Positions 10,963 to 21,495 of a stretch of 64,000 nucleotides of DNA are shown piece by piece. Source of the DNA: a virus; IMG/VR virus record IMGVR_UViG_3300045256_000058, positions 64,001 through 128,000 of that record, one strand, 5' to 3'. The notes under the pieces are model-generated. The model searched no databases, was not told where the DNA came from, and saw only the letters and a list, made by a program, of their open reading frames with translations. The translations under genes were made by a program, and so were the position numbers. The stretch's first letter is position 1; each line of letters opens with the position of its first letter.

Positions 10963-11787
10963 TTATCTACCGCGTGAAGAAAAACGTGTTCCGTTTCCTC
11001 TACTAAATGAAGCTACGTATTGATTTAGAGTTGTACGAGCATATTGTGCTTGCTCATCATCTTGTCCTTGTAGTGCATTCATTCCGGCAACACCAGCACC
11101 AAGACCACCAAGAGCTAATGCTCCGAGTCCTACTCTACGAGCCATTGGGTTAGCAGCTAAAGCTTGCGCTCTTTGCATTAAACCAGGAGCTTGTGCAGCA
11201 GCTTGTTGTTGAAGTTGTCTATTTCTAGCAGCATTGCGTAGTCCGAGTCCGCCAGCACCAGCAGCAGCGACACCACCAGCAGCGGCAGCATCAACACCCG
11301 GATGTCCCATTACATATCCTTTAGCTGAATTGAACGCATCACCAATGGCTCCACCAGCTCTTTGAAGGAAACCTTGATTTTGACCAGGCATAATTTCAGA
11401 AATACTTTGAATACCTGAAGTAGAAGGTGCAGGAGGTGGTGCAAAGTTCTCTGCAATATTTTGAATACCTTGATAGATACCTGAAGGTTGTGTAGCACCT
11501 GGGTTATATGGTACAGGAGGACGACCACCTTGTAGTAATCCACCTAGTCTGTTACCTAAACCTTGTAGTTGGTCTACACCAGTAGGAGCAGCTTGTGGAG
11601 CGCCACCAGGAAACATACCTCTAACATTTTGCCATGCTTGACCAGCAGCGTCCATATATGCGCTTGGGTCAGTAGGGTCAAAGAAGTTAGCGATACTAGC
11701 TTGTGGTGCAATAAAGCTCGCAGACCCTCTGTTGGCATGACGGTAGAGTGCGTATCTTGAAGCTTTTTGTCTTGAATACTTATTCAT
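10963..11787 (-). CDS. Gly/Ala/Gln-rich putative internal virion protein (ANF-motif family)
   Basis: SASF, IANFFDP and VASF motifs; glycine-zipper helices. Confidence 0.5.
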   Translation of the reverse strand: MNKYSRQKASRYALYRHANRGSASFIAPQASIANFFDPTDPSAYMDAAGQAWQNVRGMFPGGAPQAAPTGVDQLQGLGNRLGGLLQGGRPPVPYNPGATQPSGIYQGIQNIAENFAPPPAPSTSGIQSISEIMPGQNQGFLQRAGGAIGDAFNSAKGYVMGHPGVDAAAAGGVAAAGAGGLGLRNAARNRQLQQQAAAQAPGLMQRAQALAANPMARRVGLGALALGGLGAGVAGMNALQGQDDEQAQYARTTLNQYVASFSRGNGTRFSSRGR

Positions 11788-11910
11788 ATTGATTTTGTAT
11801 ATTCCTTATCAATCGATTGATGTTGAATTTGAAGTCCACTAATTCGAATTACTTCTATACATAAGTATATACTATCATGAGAATATACGATTTTAGTTCA
11901 ACTATAACTC

Positions 11911-12339
11911 ATGAAATTACTACAAAACAGCAATATCGCTAAATTCAACTTTGCCCAAGGTGCTGCAATTGGTGGAACTCTTGGTACATCACTAGGAATG
12001 GTAGGTGGTGGAGTACTAAATAGACAGCATATTATGAATAGTCTTACTCCAGAAGAACAACAACAGTATGATGATTCAGCTAATAGATTTAATACAGCTA
12101 CCGATGCTTTTCTGGCTAAAAATAGATTTAATATAGGAATTGCTACTCCAAATAGTGATGACCCATTAGCCAGAGACTTCGTAAATAGTGGTCAAGAGTT
12201 TTTAGATAACGACCAAGCAGTGACAAACAAATACTCTAATCCATACTTAACAATGGGATTACCTTTAGCTGGTGCAGCAGTGGGTGGAACACTAGGAGCA
12301 ATGGGTGCTGGTAAATATATTCGTGGATTGAAACGCTAA
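11911..12339 (+). CDS. Glycine-zipper putative internal virion protein
   Basis: IAKFNF leader and two GxxxG helices. Confidence 0.45.
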   Translation: MKLLQNSNIAKFNFAQGAAIGGTLGTSLGMVGGGVLNRQHIMNSLTPEEQQQYDDSANRFNTATDAFLAKNRFNIGIATPNSDDPLARDFVNSGQEFLDNDQAVTNKYSNPYLTMGLPLAGAAVGGTLGAMGAGKYIRGLKR

Positions 12340-14234
12340 CAGAATAGAGTATATTCAAATTCTCTATCTAACTGCCAGTAGTAATCCCATACCTGGGCAT
12401 CGAGTATATCATTTGCCCCACCTATGAGTCCAAATCTCATTGCAGGTAGAATAAAGTTTTTATGATAACGTGCATATTCTGTAACACGTACACTGTTTAC
12501 TATGCCTTTTAGATTTATATCGATAGTATTGATGTCAATTGTAGTAATAGGGTCATCTGCTGTATAAGTAATAGGAGTCTGAGCAATACCGTTTACAAAG
12601 AATAATACTGTATGACCGTTGCGTACTAAAGCTAAATGATTATACTCAGTCTCCCTGTCAATAAAGTAGTTAAAAGCATTTGGATACACATAAGTATTAC
12701 TACCTAATGTAATTGTAATAGCTGTATTTTGAAAGATTGTGGGGTTATCTGTTTCGTAAGCAGCTATTTCACCAGTATAAGTAATCGATAAATCATCATC
12801 AGTTAGAAAATAATTATGAGTAATCGAGCTATCGCTTACAAAGTCTGATTTAAGCGGATAGTTAACAAATAGTTCAATAGTAAAATTGCTATCTAAAGTA
12901 ATCGGAGTACTGGCTGCAACATGAATGTAATTGCTATCACTAGAGAACTCAGCTACTTTTTCTTGAATACCAAATGTATATACTGGAATAGCTCGATTTG
13001 TAGTAGTTGTTGTAACTGTATTGGTGTCTAAATCTGATTTATCAGCACTCCATATTCTACTCGTTGAAACTTCTGGTTCAAAGTTAAGTAATAGCTGCAC
13101 ATAATCAAAGTAATCATCGTACAGCCCAGCTTTATCAAAGGTCTGTACTCTAGGATAACGACTTTTATCGTATCGATAAGCAGGTATACCACCTTCACCT
13201 ACTGCTGCCATATTAAGAGCTGTCGCAGTAATGTAACTTGTAGTTGTAATTACTGGAGATAGTCCAGTAGTAGCAGTTTTTTGTACAGTAATGGTTATTA
13301 AATCTGTTTTACCTGTTCCAGATAGTAATATAGACTTACCATCCTCGTACTTAATATTTTCTAACCCACCGATTAATATCACACCAGTATCTTGACGTAT
13401 CTCAAGTATCATTACTGCCGTTGTATTGTTCTTTAGATTAAAGATTGGAGTAAGTATGCATGTCGCATTAGTACCTAGTGGTACACCATTTACTATGTAA
13501 TAGTCTGCCTCAGCATAATCTAATTCAAGTATCGGTGTATTTGCGATAACAGTTTTTACTCGGTAAGAGCTATTGTATATGTAATTGCTATTAGCATTTA
13601 GATTTCCACCTAATGCAGGAGATGTATCTCTTACAATTTGCAAATCCATATTCTCCCAGACTAAATCCTCGTTTAGCATCAGTAATTGGTACTTAGTTTC
13701 TGGGTCTGTAATATTTACATCATCTAAATTTTGTAATTGATTGACTCTTAAACGAGTACTAAACTTTCCTGTGTCATGGTTGTAAACAAGAGTATGATTA
13801 TCCTGTGCTTCTGACTCTAACTCATGTAATGGATTAGCTATATCTACATCTAGTAACTCAAATAATGAGTAAGTAGGATGAAAATTTCTAAATGATAAAT
13901 ACAATGGGTCGTATCTAACATAATCACCAGATGCAGGATTATTGATTTCTACGTCAGCAAGACTACTAATACTACCGATGGTGTTAGTAGCTACAAACTT
14001 ATTACCTTGTTGAATAATGAAACTACCATCTACTGCATTCGTAAGGTCTAAATCTTCTAGCTCAGATAACTTAGTTACACCTTTACCTAACTCTACTATC
14101 TTCCCATCTAACGTTTTGGTATATAACGTACCTACCTCACCAGCAATTGAAAGACATAGTTCACCTACTGCTACTTCATGAGGTAGAGGTGCATCTGTAG
14201 AAAAACCGTGTTTAATAATTTGATTGGTAGTCAT
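12336..14234 (-). CDS. Tail fibre protein with C-terminal LamG-like domain
   Basis: GELCL, repeated L.DV.I motifs, SPALGGNLNAN, NFTIELFV...YNHLALVR. Confidence 0.7.
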   Translation of the reverse strand: MTTNQIIKHGFSTDAPLPHEVAVGELCLSIAGEVGTLYTKTLDGKIVELGKGVTKLSELEDLDLTNAVDGSFIIQQGNKFVATNTIGSISSLADVEINNPASGDYVRYDPLYLSFRNFHPTYSLFELLDVDIANPLHELESEAQDNHTLVYNHDTGKFSTRLRVNQLQNLDDVNITDPETKYQLLMLNEDLVWENMDLQIVRDTSPALGGNLNANSNYIYNSSYRVKTVIANTPILELDYAEADYYIVNGVPLGTNATCILTPIFNLKNNTTAVMILEIRQDTGVILIGGLENIKYEDGKSILLSGTGKTDLITITVQKTATTGLSPVITTTSYITATALNMAAVGEGGIPAYRYDKSRYPRVQTFDKAGLYDDYFDYVQLLLNFEPEVSTSRIWSADKSDLDTNTVTTTTTNRAIPVYTFGIQEKVAEFSSDSNYIHVAASTPITLDSNFTIELFVNYPLKSDFVSDSSITHNYFLTDDDLSITYTGEIAAYETDNPTIFQNTAITITLGSNTYVYPNAFNYFIDRETEYNHLALVRNGHTVLFFVNGIAQTPITYTADDPITTIDINTIDINLKGIVNSVRVTEYARYHKNFILPAMRFGLIGGANDILDAQVWDYYWQLDREFEYTLFC

Positions 14235-14235
14235 G

Positions 14236-15810
14236 TTAATCAGCTAATACATCTTTACCGTATTTTTGTAGTAGATAACTATTCTGTGAGTTAGATGTAT
14301 TACCCCTTACTGCTCGGTCAATTAAATCTAAATCAGTAGCATCACTTATTTGTTTTCGTCTATCACCAAGCTTTAGAATATTATCGGCTGCCATTTGTTG
14401 AGTACTAAATCCTTTACGTGCTTTACGTCCTTTCCAATATCCTTCATCAAAAGGTCTAGCTGCTTTAGATTGTTGGTAATCATCTTTAATTATCTTTCTA
14501 CCTTCAAGACCAGTTACCGTATCTTCAAGTATCAAATTGTTTTTATTATATGGTGAATGTATTGATTCTCTAAAGCCCTCGATACTCTGTCTACGACTTT
14601 GACCCTTTAAGTTTTGTAATCTAGGTCTTGTTGATATGAATTCATAATAATCAGACATCTTTGGTTGTTGAAGTGGTTCAACCATATCATGTAACGAGTG
14701 ATGTTGTAGTCCAATATTTGTAGTATCTAAGTCACGTCTTACATTTGCTTGCAACTTACTTCTTTTTAACCAATTTATAGCCGAATCCTTGAGTGCTGGT
14801 AGCCATTCTTGAGTACTAATAATTCCTCTTCGTCTAGCAAAGTTAGCAGTATCAGACATATAGCTAAATAATCCCCCTCTCATCTTTATATTGAAAGGTG
14901 TACGACTATACTTTCTAGCTAACTCGGTAATACGGTCTTTGAATCTGCCTCTTTCAGAGTATAACTCATTACCTTCTGCAATACTATCTAATAATGGATT
15001 TACCATATGTTCAGGTATAGGACGAATACTTAACTCATCACTAATTACATCTGGTTCACTATGTTCTGCAATTTGAGACAGTATATTTTTTGCTGATTGT
15101 TTATGTGCGGTAATTTCAGGGGCTATACCTTTTAATCTTCTTTGCCAATACTTGTTACCTGTTACATCAAAATGTTGAGTAGGTACAGTTTTATACTTAG
15201 GAGGAGTCAATGGAGCATCTATATTACTTAGGTCAATAATATCTAAAGGCTGTAGCTCTTGTCTTGTTCCATGAGTAGGTAAGACTAAGTTCGGTGCAAT
15301 GGGTCTACCTTTATCTATATCTTCACCTAGAGTAGAAAAGTTAGCAGTTTTAGACATATAACTATATGAAAATTTGTTTAACATAACTTTAGACATAGGA
15401 TAACTACCTGGAGCTAATCCATTCTTTTTCTCTACACTATATTTGCCTAAACCTAGTAACGATTGATAGGCTTGTTGAGCAATGGGGTCAGTATTATGTG
15501 CCGCCATTGTATCTCCAACTACACCTGTTTGAACAGATTTAGGTAAAGGTAATCCTTGTAGTATGCCATCCTCTAAATATCGAGCAGCAGCTTCACCTTC
15601 ATTAGATAGAGAGATAGGGTTTTGGCGGCTTAATGAAATCGGGGCACTATGAGAGTAGTCATGAAATGAAGTCTTAAATAAAGGCTTGCCACTACGGTTA
15701 AGAGATGCTTCATTCTCAGCAGTAAACCATCTTTTCTTATCTTTATTGATTTGTATTAGTTTATTTCTAACTTCGGGAGCTAAGTCTCGAATACGAGGCA
15801 TTATAGGCAT
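14236..15810 (-). CDS. Multi-module putative internal virion protein (two SYMSxTANF motifs)
   Basis: FSYSYMSKTANF and FSYMSDTANF divide the protein into three segments. Confidence 0.5.
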   Translation of the reverse strand: MPIMPRIRDLAPEVRNKLIQINKDKKRWFTAENEASLNRSGKPLFKTSFHDYSHSAPISLSRQNPISLSNEGEAAARYLEDGILQGLPLPKSVQTGVVGDTMAAHNTDPIAQQAYQSLLGLGKYSVEKKNGLAPGSYPMSKVMLNKFSYSYMSKTANFSTLGEDIDKGRPIAPNLVLPTHGTRQELQPLDIIDLSNIDAPLTPPKYKTVPTQHFDVTGNKYWQRRLKGIAPEITAHKQSAKNILSQIAEHSEPDVISDELSIRPIPEHMVNPLLDSIAEGNELYSERGRFKDRITELARKYSRTPFNIKMRGGLFSYMSDTANFARRRGIISTQEWLPALKDSAINWLKRSKLQANVRRDLDTTNIGLQHHSLHDMVEPLQQPKMSDYYEFISTRPRLQNLKGQSRRQSIEGFRESIHSPYNKNNLILEDTVTGLEGRKIIKDDYQQSKAARPFDEGYWKGRKARKGFSTQQMAADNILKLGDRRKQISDATDLDLIDRAVRGNTSNSQNSYLLQKYGKDVLAD

Positions 15811-16943
15811 TAAATTATATCCTCTAAGTCTTCTAAATCTCGTAAGTTATGTTGTAGATTTCTTGGTCTATTAGGTACATTAAGTCTTCTATTTGCTACA
15901 TAAGCACCAGCTTCAGTAAGCGCATTCTGGTCATCGAACATACGAGTACCCATGTAGTTACCTAGAGGTACTTCCATAAATCCATTTACTTTAGGAAATC
16001 CTACATATTGATTAGCAGATGGGTCAAATCTAATATCTGTGTAGTTTTCAAATCTTTGTTTGTTCTTAATTGTATCCAGATTTCGACGTGATTGCTCCTC
16101 GGCTAGTTCTCCGGCATTATTTAGTTGGTAGTCAATAGCACCTCTACCTCTACCTCTGAGTACACCTCTGAAACTAGGACTGTTGTTATTGCTTCCATGT
16201 ACTAATTGCTGCCTACCTAAGTTTTCTAACCAGGCATTCTTTTTTATTTTATTTAGAGGATTACCAAATGTAATCGTTCGATGCATGTAGCTAAAAGTTC
16301 GTCTAGAATCGTAACCAACTAAGAAAGCTTTTTCGGCAGGAGTATCTTCAAAATCTTCTTTTAGTAGATTAAATCCTTTGTGCTTATTTAAGTTTGACCT
16401 TGATGCATTTTCAATTGCGTTATTATAGTCAATTAATTGAGACTGAGGTTTTGTTTTACCTACATTAGATACAACTATATTTCTAGGAGCTAAATCTGTA
16501 TGTAATATATTGGCTTCATCAAGCAGTCTATTACGTTGTCTAGCTGTTCTATGTCCTAAATAGTACATTTGTTTTGGTGATAAAGTTTTATCATTCATAA
16601 GATGATTAAGACTTTTACCACCATACTCTTGTACAAAACCATATTCATCTCCATGCTTATGTGTTCCATAAATTTTAGGAGAAATACCTAAATCGGCTGC
16701 TCTTGAAGTTATATCTCTTTCAGTATTTATGTCAGCGATACTGCCATCTCTATATGTCTTGACAGTTTTTTGTACACGATTTTGACTAGGTGAATAATAA
16801 ACATTTCGTGTACCTTGTTGTAACTTGACTGGATAAGGAGATGTGGATACCGTATCCATATAAGGAACACGTCTTCTTACTGCATCGACTCCTGTTTGAA
16901 GTAAACCTCTAAAATTATTTTTTATGTTATCAAAATTAGGCAT
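15810..16943 (-). CDS. Protein-kinase-like domain fused through an FSYM..TITF motif to a second module
   Basis: ISPKIY, FVQEYGG, catalytic loop HTDLAPRNIV and LIDY (DFG-equivalent). Confidence 0.7.
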   Translation of the reverse strand: MPNFDNIKNNFRGLLQTGVDAVRRRVPYMDTVSTSPYPVKLQQGTRNVYYSPSQNRVQKTVKTYRDGSIADINTERDITSRAADLGISPKIYGTHKHGDEYGFVQEYGGKSLNHLMNDKTLSPKQMYYLGHRTARQRNRLLDEANILHTDLAPRNIVVSNVGKTKPQSQLIDYNNAIENASRSNLNKHKGFNLLKEDFEDTPAEKAFLVGYDSRRTFSYMHRTITFGNPLNKIKKNAWLENLGRQQLVHGSNNNSPSFRGVLRGRGRGAIDYQLNNAGELAEEQSRRNLDTIKNKQRFENYTDIRFDPSANQYVGFPKVNGFMEVPLGNYMGTRMFDDQNALTEAGAYVANRRLNVPNRPRNLQHNLRDLEDLEDII

Positions 16944-16947
16944 TAGT

Positions 16948-18645
16948 CTACCACTCTAGAGTTCTTAAATCATCTGCATGAGGAAAGTCACTAAAGATTT
17001 CAATACTGTTATGGTCTAATTTATCAATAGTATTTGTATTGATACCCATTTCTTTGAATCTAGCCTTAGTCCAATCATCTTCAGCTATTTTTATTTTAGC
17101 TCCTTTAGTAATGAAACCTACTGACTCATTTCCAAATTCAGCAAGATACTGAACACCATATGCTATACAATCTACGATGTCATCATGAGAACCAATAGGG
17201 AATGACTTAAGTTCAGCTTTAATTGCTGCGGGGTCATATGTAGTTTCAAGCTTTAAGTCTGTTTGAAAAGGATTATAGATAACTATCTTCTTATCTCTGA
17301 AGTAGGTAAGGATGGAACCAAGTCTTTGTTCCTTACTACCACCAAATTTACGTGGGTCAAAAGCATAGATATTGTTTATCTCTCTTTCTAATAGAGACAT
17401 TGCAGCATGACCATTTGCTTTAGCTTCAATACCGATACGACTCTTTGGATACTTCTTCTTTAATTTTCTAATTGCATCTAATTGCTCAGGAATACTACAT
17501 TTGTTTCGATACATATCTACAATGTAGTACTTGTCATCCATCTTACATAGAACTAATCCAACTGTATATGAAGAAGTAGGAGATTCATTAAAGCTTAAAT
17601 CCCATACAGTCATCATCGTACTGTAGTTAATAGGTCTAGCATCTGTTTCTATAAGCCATTCTTCTTTGATTAAGTTACCGTCACCAGTTGCAGTAGGGTC
17701 TTGTTGATAACGAGTGTTATAAATAATTGGATTCTTTGCTTGCGCTGATAGAAAACTGTCAGGTAAACGATGAGGGTCTAGTAATTCGTTACGTACTTTA
17801 CGAATATCATTAAACTTAATCGGACTAACAAATGTTTTCTCAGGTATATATTTAGCAGGAAGACTTAATAGGAACCAACCCTGGTCGCCATAGGTTTCCA
17901 TAATGTAACCAGTAATATCGTTTTCTGCAAGTCTTTGCATTACAAGAATAATTACATCATTGTTTACATCATTTGAACGGTTTAAGAATGTCTGAGTAAA
18001 CCAATCATTAACTCCTTTAATCATGTTTGGATTATTTGATTCTTCAGAGTCAAGTATGTCATCAAGTATTGCAACTGTGTATCCAGTTCCTAGTACTTTC
18101 GATGTAGGAGAACAACCAAGAATATATCCATTCATATCATTATCGATACGCTTCTTGGTATTACTATCTGTAGCTAATGAGTATCTGAAGTAATCTTCAT
18201 TTTTAGGGTCACACCATCTGTCTTTGTAAAGAGGATGCTCAAGAATACGTCTACCATAAATAATGTTCTGCATGAATAGACGTTCAGAGTGAGAAGCTAA
18301 CCAGAATTTCTCTTGAGGATGATTTATCCACCACCATACAGGAGCAGTAATAGAAGCAGTAGTTGATTTACTACTACGTGGAGGAATATTAATGATTAGT
18401 CTTCGTATGTTTCTATTGAGTGCAGCTTGTATATGTTCGCATAAGCATTCAATGTGCCAGTTATTTACAAGAGGTTGAGGGTCAAAGGTATTCCAAAAAT
18501 TAATGAAGAATTGATATAGACTTCTTTCTGATTTTTCATACATTTCTTCTTGAAGTAACTCTTCAAGCATAAAGAGTTCTTCATCAAACTTCTCATCATA
18601 AAAGCCAGGGTCATCAGGTGTAAGTATTTTCTTAGGCATAGTCAA
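16948..18645 (-). CDS. terL: Terminase large subunit
   Basis: Walker A IPPRSSKST, ILDD, coupling motif VMQR, YQQDP, nuclease WDLS and HDDIVD. Confidence 0.93.
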   Translation of the reverse strand: MTMPKKILTPDDPGFYDEKFDEELFMLEELLQEEMYEKSERSLYQFFINFWNTFDPQPLVNNWHIECLCEHIQAALNRNIRRLIINIPPRSSKSTTASITAPVWWWINHPQEKFWLASHSERLFMQNIIYGRRILEHPLYKDRWCDPKNEDYFRYSLATDSNTKKRIDNDMNGYILGCSPTSKVLGTGYTVAILDDILDSEESNNPNMIKGVNDWFTQTFLNRSNDVNNDVIILVMQRLAENDITGYIMETYGDQGWFLLSLPAKYIPEKTFVSPIKFNDIRKVRNELLDPHRLPDSFLSAQAKNPIIYNTRYQQDPTATGDGNLIKEEWLIETDARPINYSTMMTVWDLSFNESPTSSYTVGLVLCKMDDKYYIVDMYRNKCSIPEQLDAIRKLKKKYPKSRIGIEAKANGHAAMSLLEREINNIYAFDPRKFGGSKEQRLGSILTYFRDKKIVIYNPFQTDLKLETTYDPAAIKAELKSFPIGSHDDIVDCIAYGVQYLAEFGNESVGFITKGAKIKIAEDDWTKARFKEMGINTNTIDKLDHNSIEIFSDFPHADDLRTLEW

Positions 18646-18710
18646 TGTTCATAGGTTGTAGTATATCTTATAATATTACTATGAATTTACTTTTAGAGAC
18701 AGAATAGACT

Positions 18711-19304
18711 ATGGTATTACCTCTTTCTTTACCTTTCATGAGTCTTGGCTGGGCAAATCGAGCAAGACTTGTAAAAGAAAACAAAGCATTACAACAACAG
18801 CTAATGCATAATGCAAAAAGCTTACAAGATATTTCCAATCCATTTTCTAACCTACTTCCTAAGTTAGGAGTTGCTGGTGTAGGATTAGCTGGAGCAAAGG
18901 TAGCATCAGATACTATCTCTTCTCCTAAACAAAGACAACAAATGGCTAGTATGGCAGAAGACTTACCTACTGGTTACATACCTAGATATAACTATGCAGC
19001 TAATCGAAGCACTGACTTCTCATTTGCGGCATCAGGTAATGGAGTTACTGCTAACTTCTTTGACCCTCTCACTATGCTTATGGGATTAGAGAATGGTGCA
19101 GCATCTTTGCATTGGAATCTAAAGAATGGTAAGTTACGAAATACTAATAAGATGCTAGAACAAGAGTTACTTCGTAAAAGAGCAAATAGTAACAAAACAT
19201 TAGGTGCAATTGGTATAGGAACTGCGGCACTTGCTACTCCTGCGTTAGCATATATGAATGGCAGAAAACCAAGCAATAGTAATCAGTATTCATCTGCGAT
19301 GTAA
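18711..19304 (+). CDS. Two-module putative internal virion protein (ANF-motif family)
   Basis: Internal duplication (W..L.N..L..xL plus a Gly/Ala helix) on either side of STDF/VTANFFDP. Confidence 0.5.
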   Translation: MVLPLSLPFMSLGWANRARLVKENKALQQQLMHNAKSLQDISNPFSNLLPKLGVAGVGLAGAKVASDTISSPKQRQQMASMAEDLPTGYIPRYNYAANRSTDFSFAASGNGVTANFFDPLTMLMGLENGAASLHWNLKNGKLRNTNKMLEQELLRKRANSNKTLGAIGIGTAALATPALAYMNGRKPSNSNQYSSAM

Positions 19305-19332
19305 TCAGCAGTATTCATCTGCGATGTAATCA
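19284..19332 (+). repeat. Tandem duplication of CAGTATTCATCTGCGATGTAATCA (24 bp x2, 1-nt spacer)
   Basis: Exact copies at 19284-19307 and 19309-19332, spanning the stop codon of 18711..19304. Confidence 0.9.
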
Positions 19333-19892
19333 ATCTTTACCAACTGAAACTGGATATTAGAGAGTAATGGTGTTAGTATATAGATAGGTAGCAAATGAAG
19401 GTGCTAACCTATGGTACTCAGAAATGATACCTAAAGGTCTTAGGTGGGAAGCACATGAAGCATTCAGTTAGGAATAGTCAAGCTAACAAGAATGATATAC
19501 CACTTCCTAAATTAGCAAGTCCTATAGAAAGGATAGAAAACAGATAGCAGCCTAACGCCAGTACATCCTTCACCTCTCTCATGGCATTGAGAAGTAAGAG
19601 GTTTACATAAAATTTTACATCCCCTCTTAGTAAGGGGTTAGGGAAACCTAGTACCTACGATAGGAAATGATACTATATGCGTACCTGTAGCTATTAGGTT
19701 GCTAATGTATTAAGTTGCTTCCGAGGTTACGAGACTACCAGAGAAGGTAGTTGAGTAAGTGAGAGATAGAATGAATGTTTGAAAGAGCATTAAGGAAATA
19801 TACACAGATAAGATGGTAAGATGTTTGCGATATTAGCGAACATCTTTTTAGTAAATGTAGGTTTTTCGGCTTTAGATATTCGAATAGCTAGT

Positions 19893-20468
19893 TCAAATAA
19901 TAAAGTGTAAGTTAGACGGTATATTCGGAAACTTATTTCTTTGTATTCTATATAGTCGGTCTAAAGATGATGTAGCTCCAGCAATCATATGATTCTGAGT
20001 TGGATTATTATTAGCATGATTTATCATAGTTTCTATCATTCCTTTAGCTCCGTAATTCTTATATTTAGGATGAGTTACAGTTTCTCCCCACATTTCAAAG
20101 CCATCGGTAGAATGAAGTGAGTAAGGAGTAGAGTAATCTCTCATTCCAGTCATTTTACGTAACCCAATAGTTGTTGGTTTACCTTCTATTGAAGTAGTTA
20201 GAGGTATTGTTTGATGTAATACTCCTCCTCCCATACTTAATGTTGGAGAAACAGGAGAAGTTAGCATACCTTGTGTATACTTTTTAGCTAACTTAGCATT
20301 TTCATATCGAGGATTTAGTGGATGGTTAGGTAAATCTATTCCTGGTTCATTATCACCAAAGTCTCTAAGTATCTCTGTATACTTATTGTCTAATCCTCTA
20401 GCATATTTTCTAACTACTCTGTCATTCATTGGAACGAATGCAAAGGTAGCCATATAATAGTATCTCAT
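19893..20468 (-). CDS. Hypothetical protein, possible GNAT-like fold
   Basis: TVTHPKYKNYG resembles the acetyl-CoA-binding motif A; N-terminal MATF motif. Confidence 0.35.
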   Translation of the reverse strand: MRYYYMATFAFVPMNDRVVRKYARGLDNKYTEILRDFGDNEPGIDLPNHPLNPRYENAKLAKKYTQGMLTSPVSPTLSMGGGVLHQTIPLTTSIEGKPTTIGLRKMTGMRDYSTPYSLHSTDGFEMWGETVTHPKYKNYGAKGMIETMINHANNNPTQNHMIAGATSSLDRLYRIQRNKFPNIPSNLHFII

Positions 20469-20508
20469 TTAGTGTATTTCCTTAGTGTGTAAATAGATGT
20501 ATATGATA

Positions 20509-21495
20509 TTACATGACTTCTTCAGTCTCTCTTTCTAACTCGTATACTACTGGAGCATCTAATACTGCACTCACTTCAATAGTCTCAGGTTCAGATGAAG
20601 GTTTAAGGTCACTAGCATTTAGTTTTCTACCTAGCTTTGCTTCGAGTCTCTTGATAGCTGCTTGTCTTTCTTGAGGAGTTTTGAATTTATGAGACTTAGT
20701 TTCTATTTGGAATAGTTCCATATCTTCTTTTGGAGCATTCTCATAGATTTGTCTTTGTAGCTTATAGATGTTACTAGCTACAGTAATTGCTTCTTTTACT
20801 TCATTTAGAAAGATTGGAGTACCTGTTTTGTTATTTACCATATTCATGTACTCTTTTGTTTCTTCTGATAGATAGTTAGGATTATCTAAGTCTTCAGAGG
20901 CATCTAGTACCTCTCCAAACTTATGTTCGATATATCTATCTAGAACTACACCTAATTTATTACAAGCATTTACAGCAGCTATTTCAGCTTGATAATTCTC
21001 TTGTACATATAAACCTAGCTCTTGTCCTATATTTCTTTCATTTACTCTAGCTAAATAAGCTTTACGAAGATGTTGCCATTTATCTTTATGTACTTTATCT
21101 CTTAGTGTGGTAAAGTTTACTTCAAACTTCTCTGCAAATTCTTTGTAAGTATAATCTTCAGATGCAAATGTACCATCTTCTAACTGAATTCTTTTTCCAA
21201 GTACCCAATGTTTACGTAACTCTGTCCAGTTATACTTCTTAGTTGTTTTACCATAGATATGCTTTAGACGAGGATTTTGTTCAGGAGGTAGAGGTACTTC
21301 ACTAGAACTCTCATAGTTCATGATTGTATTGAGTTCTTTAATTTCTTCTAACTCTTTTGCTACTCTTGAAGTATCCGATAGCTTTACTTTCTTTAGAGTA
21401 GTATATGGTCTAGCATCTGAATCTTTCTTACGAGGATTTGGTCTAGCAATTAATGAATACGTTGTACCTGATTCATTGAATATTTTCTTAGGCAT
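20509..21495 (-). CDS. Probable terminase small subunit
   Basis: HTH-like YNWTELRKHW...TYKEFAEKFEVNFTTLRDKVHKDKW followed by coiled coil; upstream of terL. Confidence 0.55.
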   Translation of the reverse strand: MPKKIFNESGTTYSLIARPNPRKKDSDARPYTTLKKVKLSDTSRVAKELEEIKELNTIMNYESSSEVPLPPEQNPRLKHIYGKTTKKYNWTELRKHWVLGKRIQLEDGTFASEDYTYKEFAEKFEVNFTTLRDKVHKDKWQHLRKAYLARVNERNIGQELGLYVQENYQAEIAAVNACNKLGVVLDRYIEHKFGEVLDASEDLDNPNYLSEETKEYMNMVNNKTGTPIFLNEVKEAITVASNIYKLQRQIYENAPKEDMELFQIETKSHKFKTPQERQAAIKRLEAKLGRKLNASDLKPSSEPETIEVSAVLDAPVVYELERETEEVM

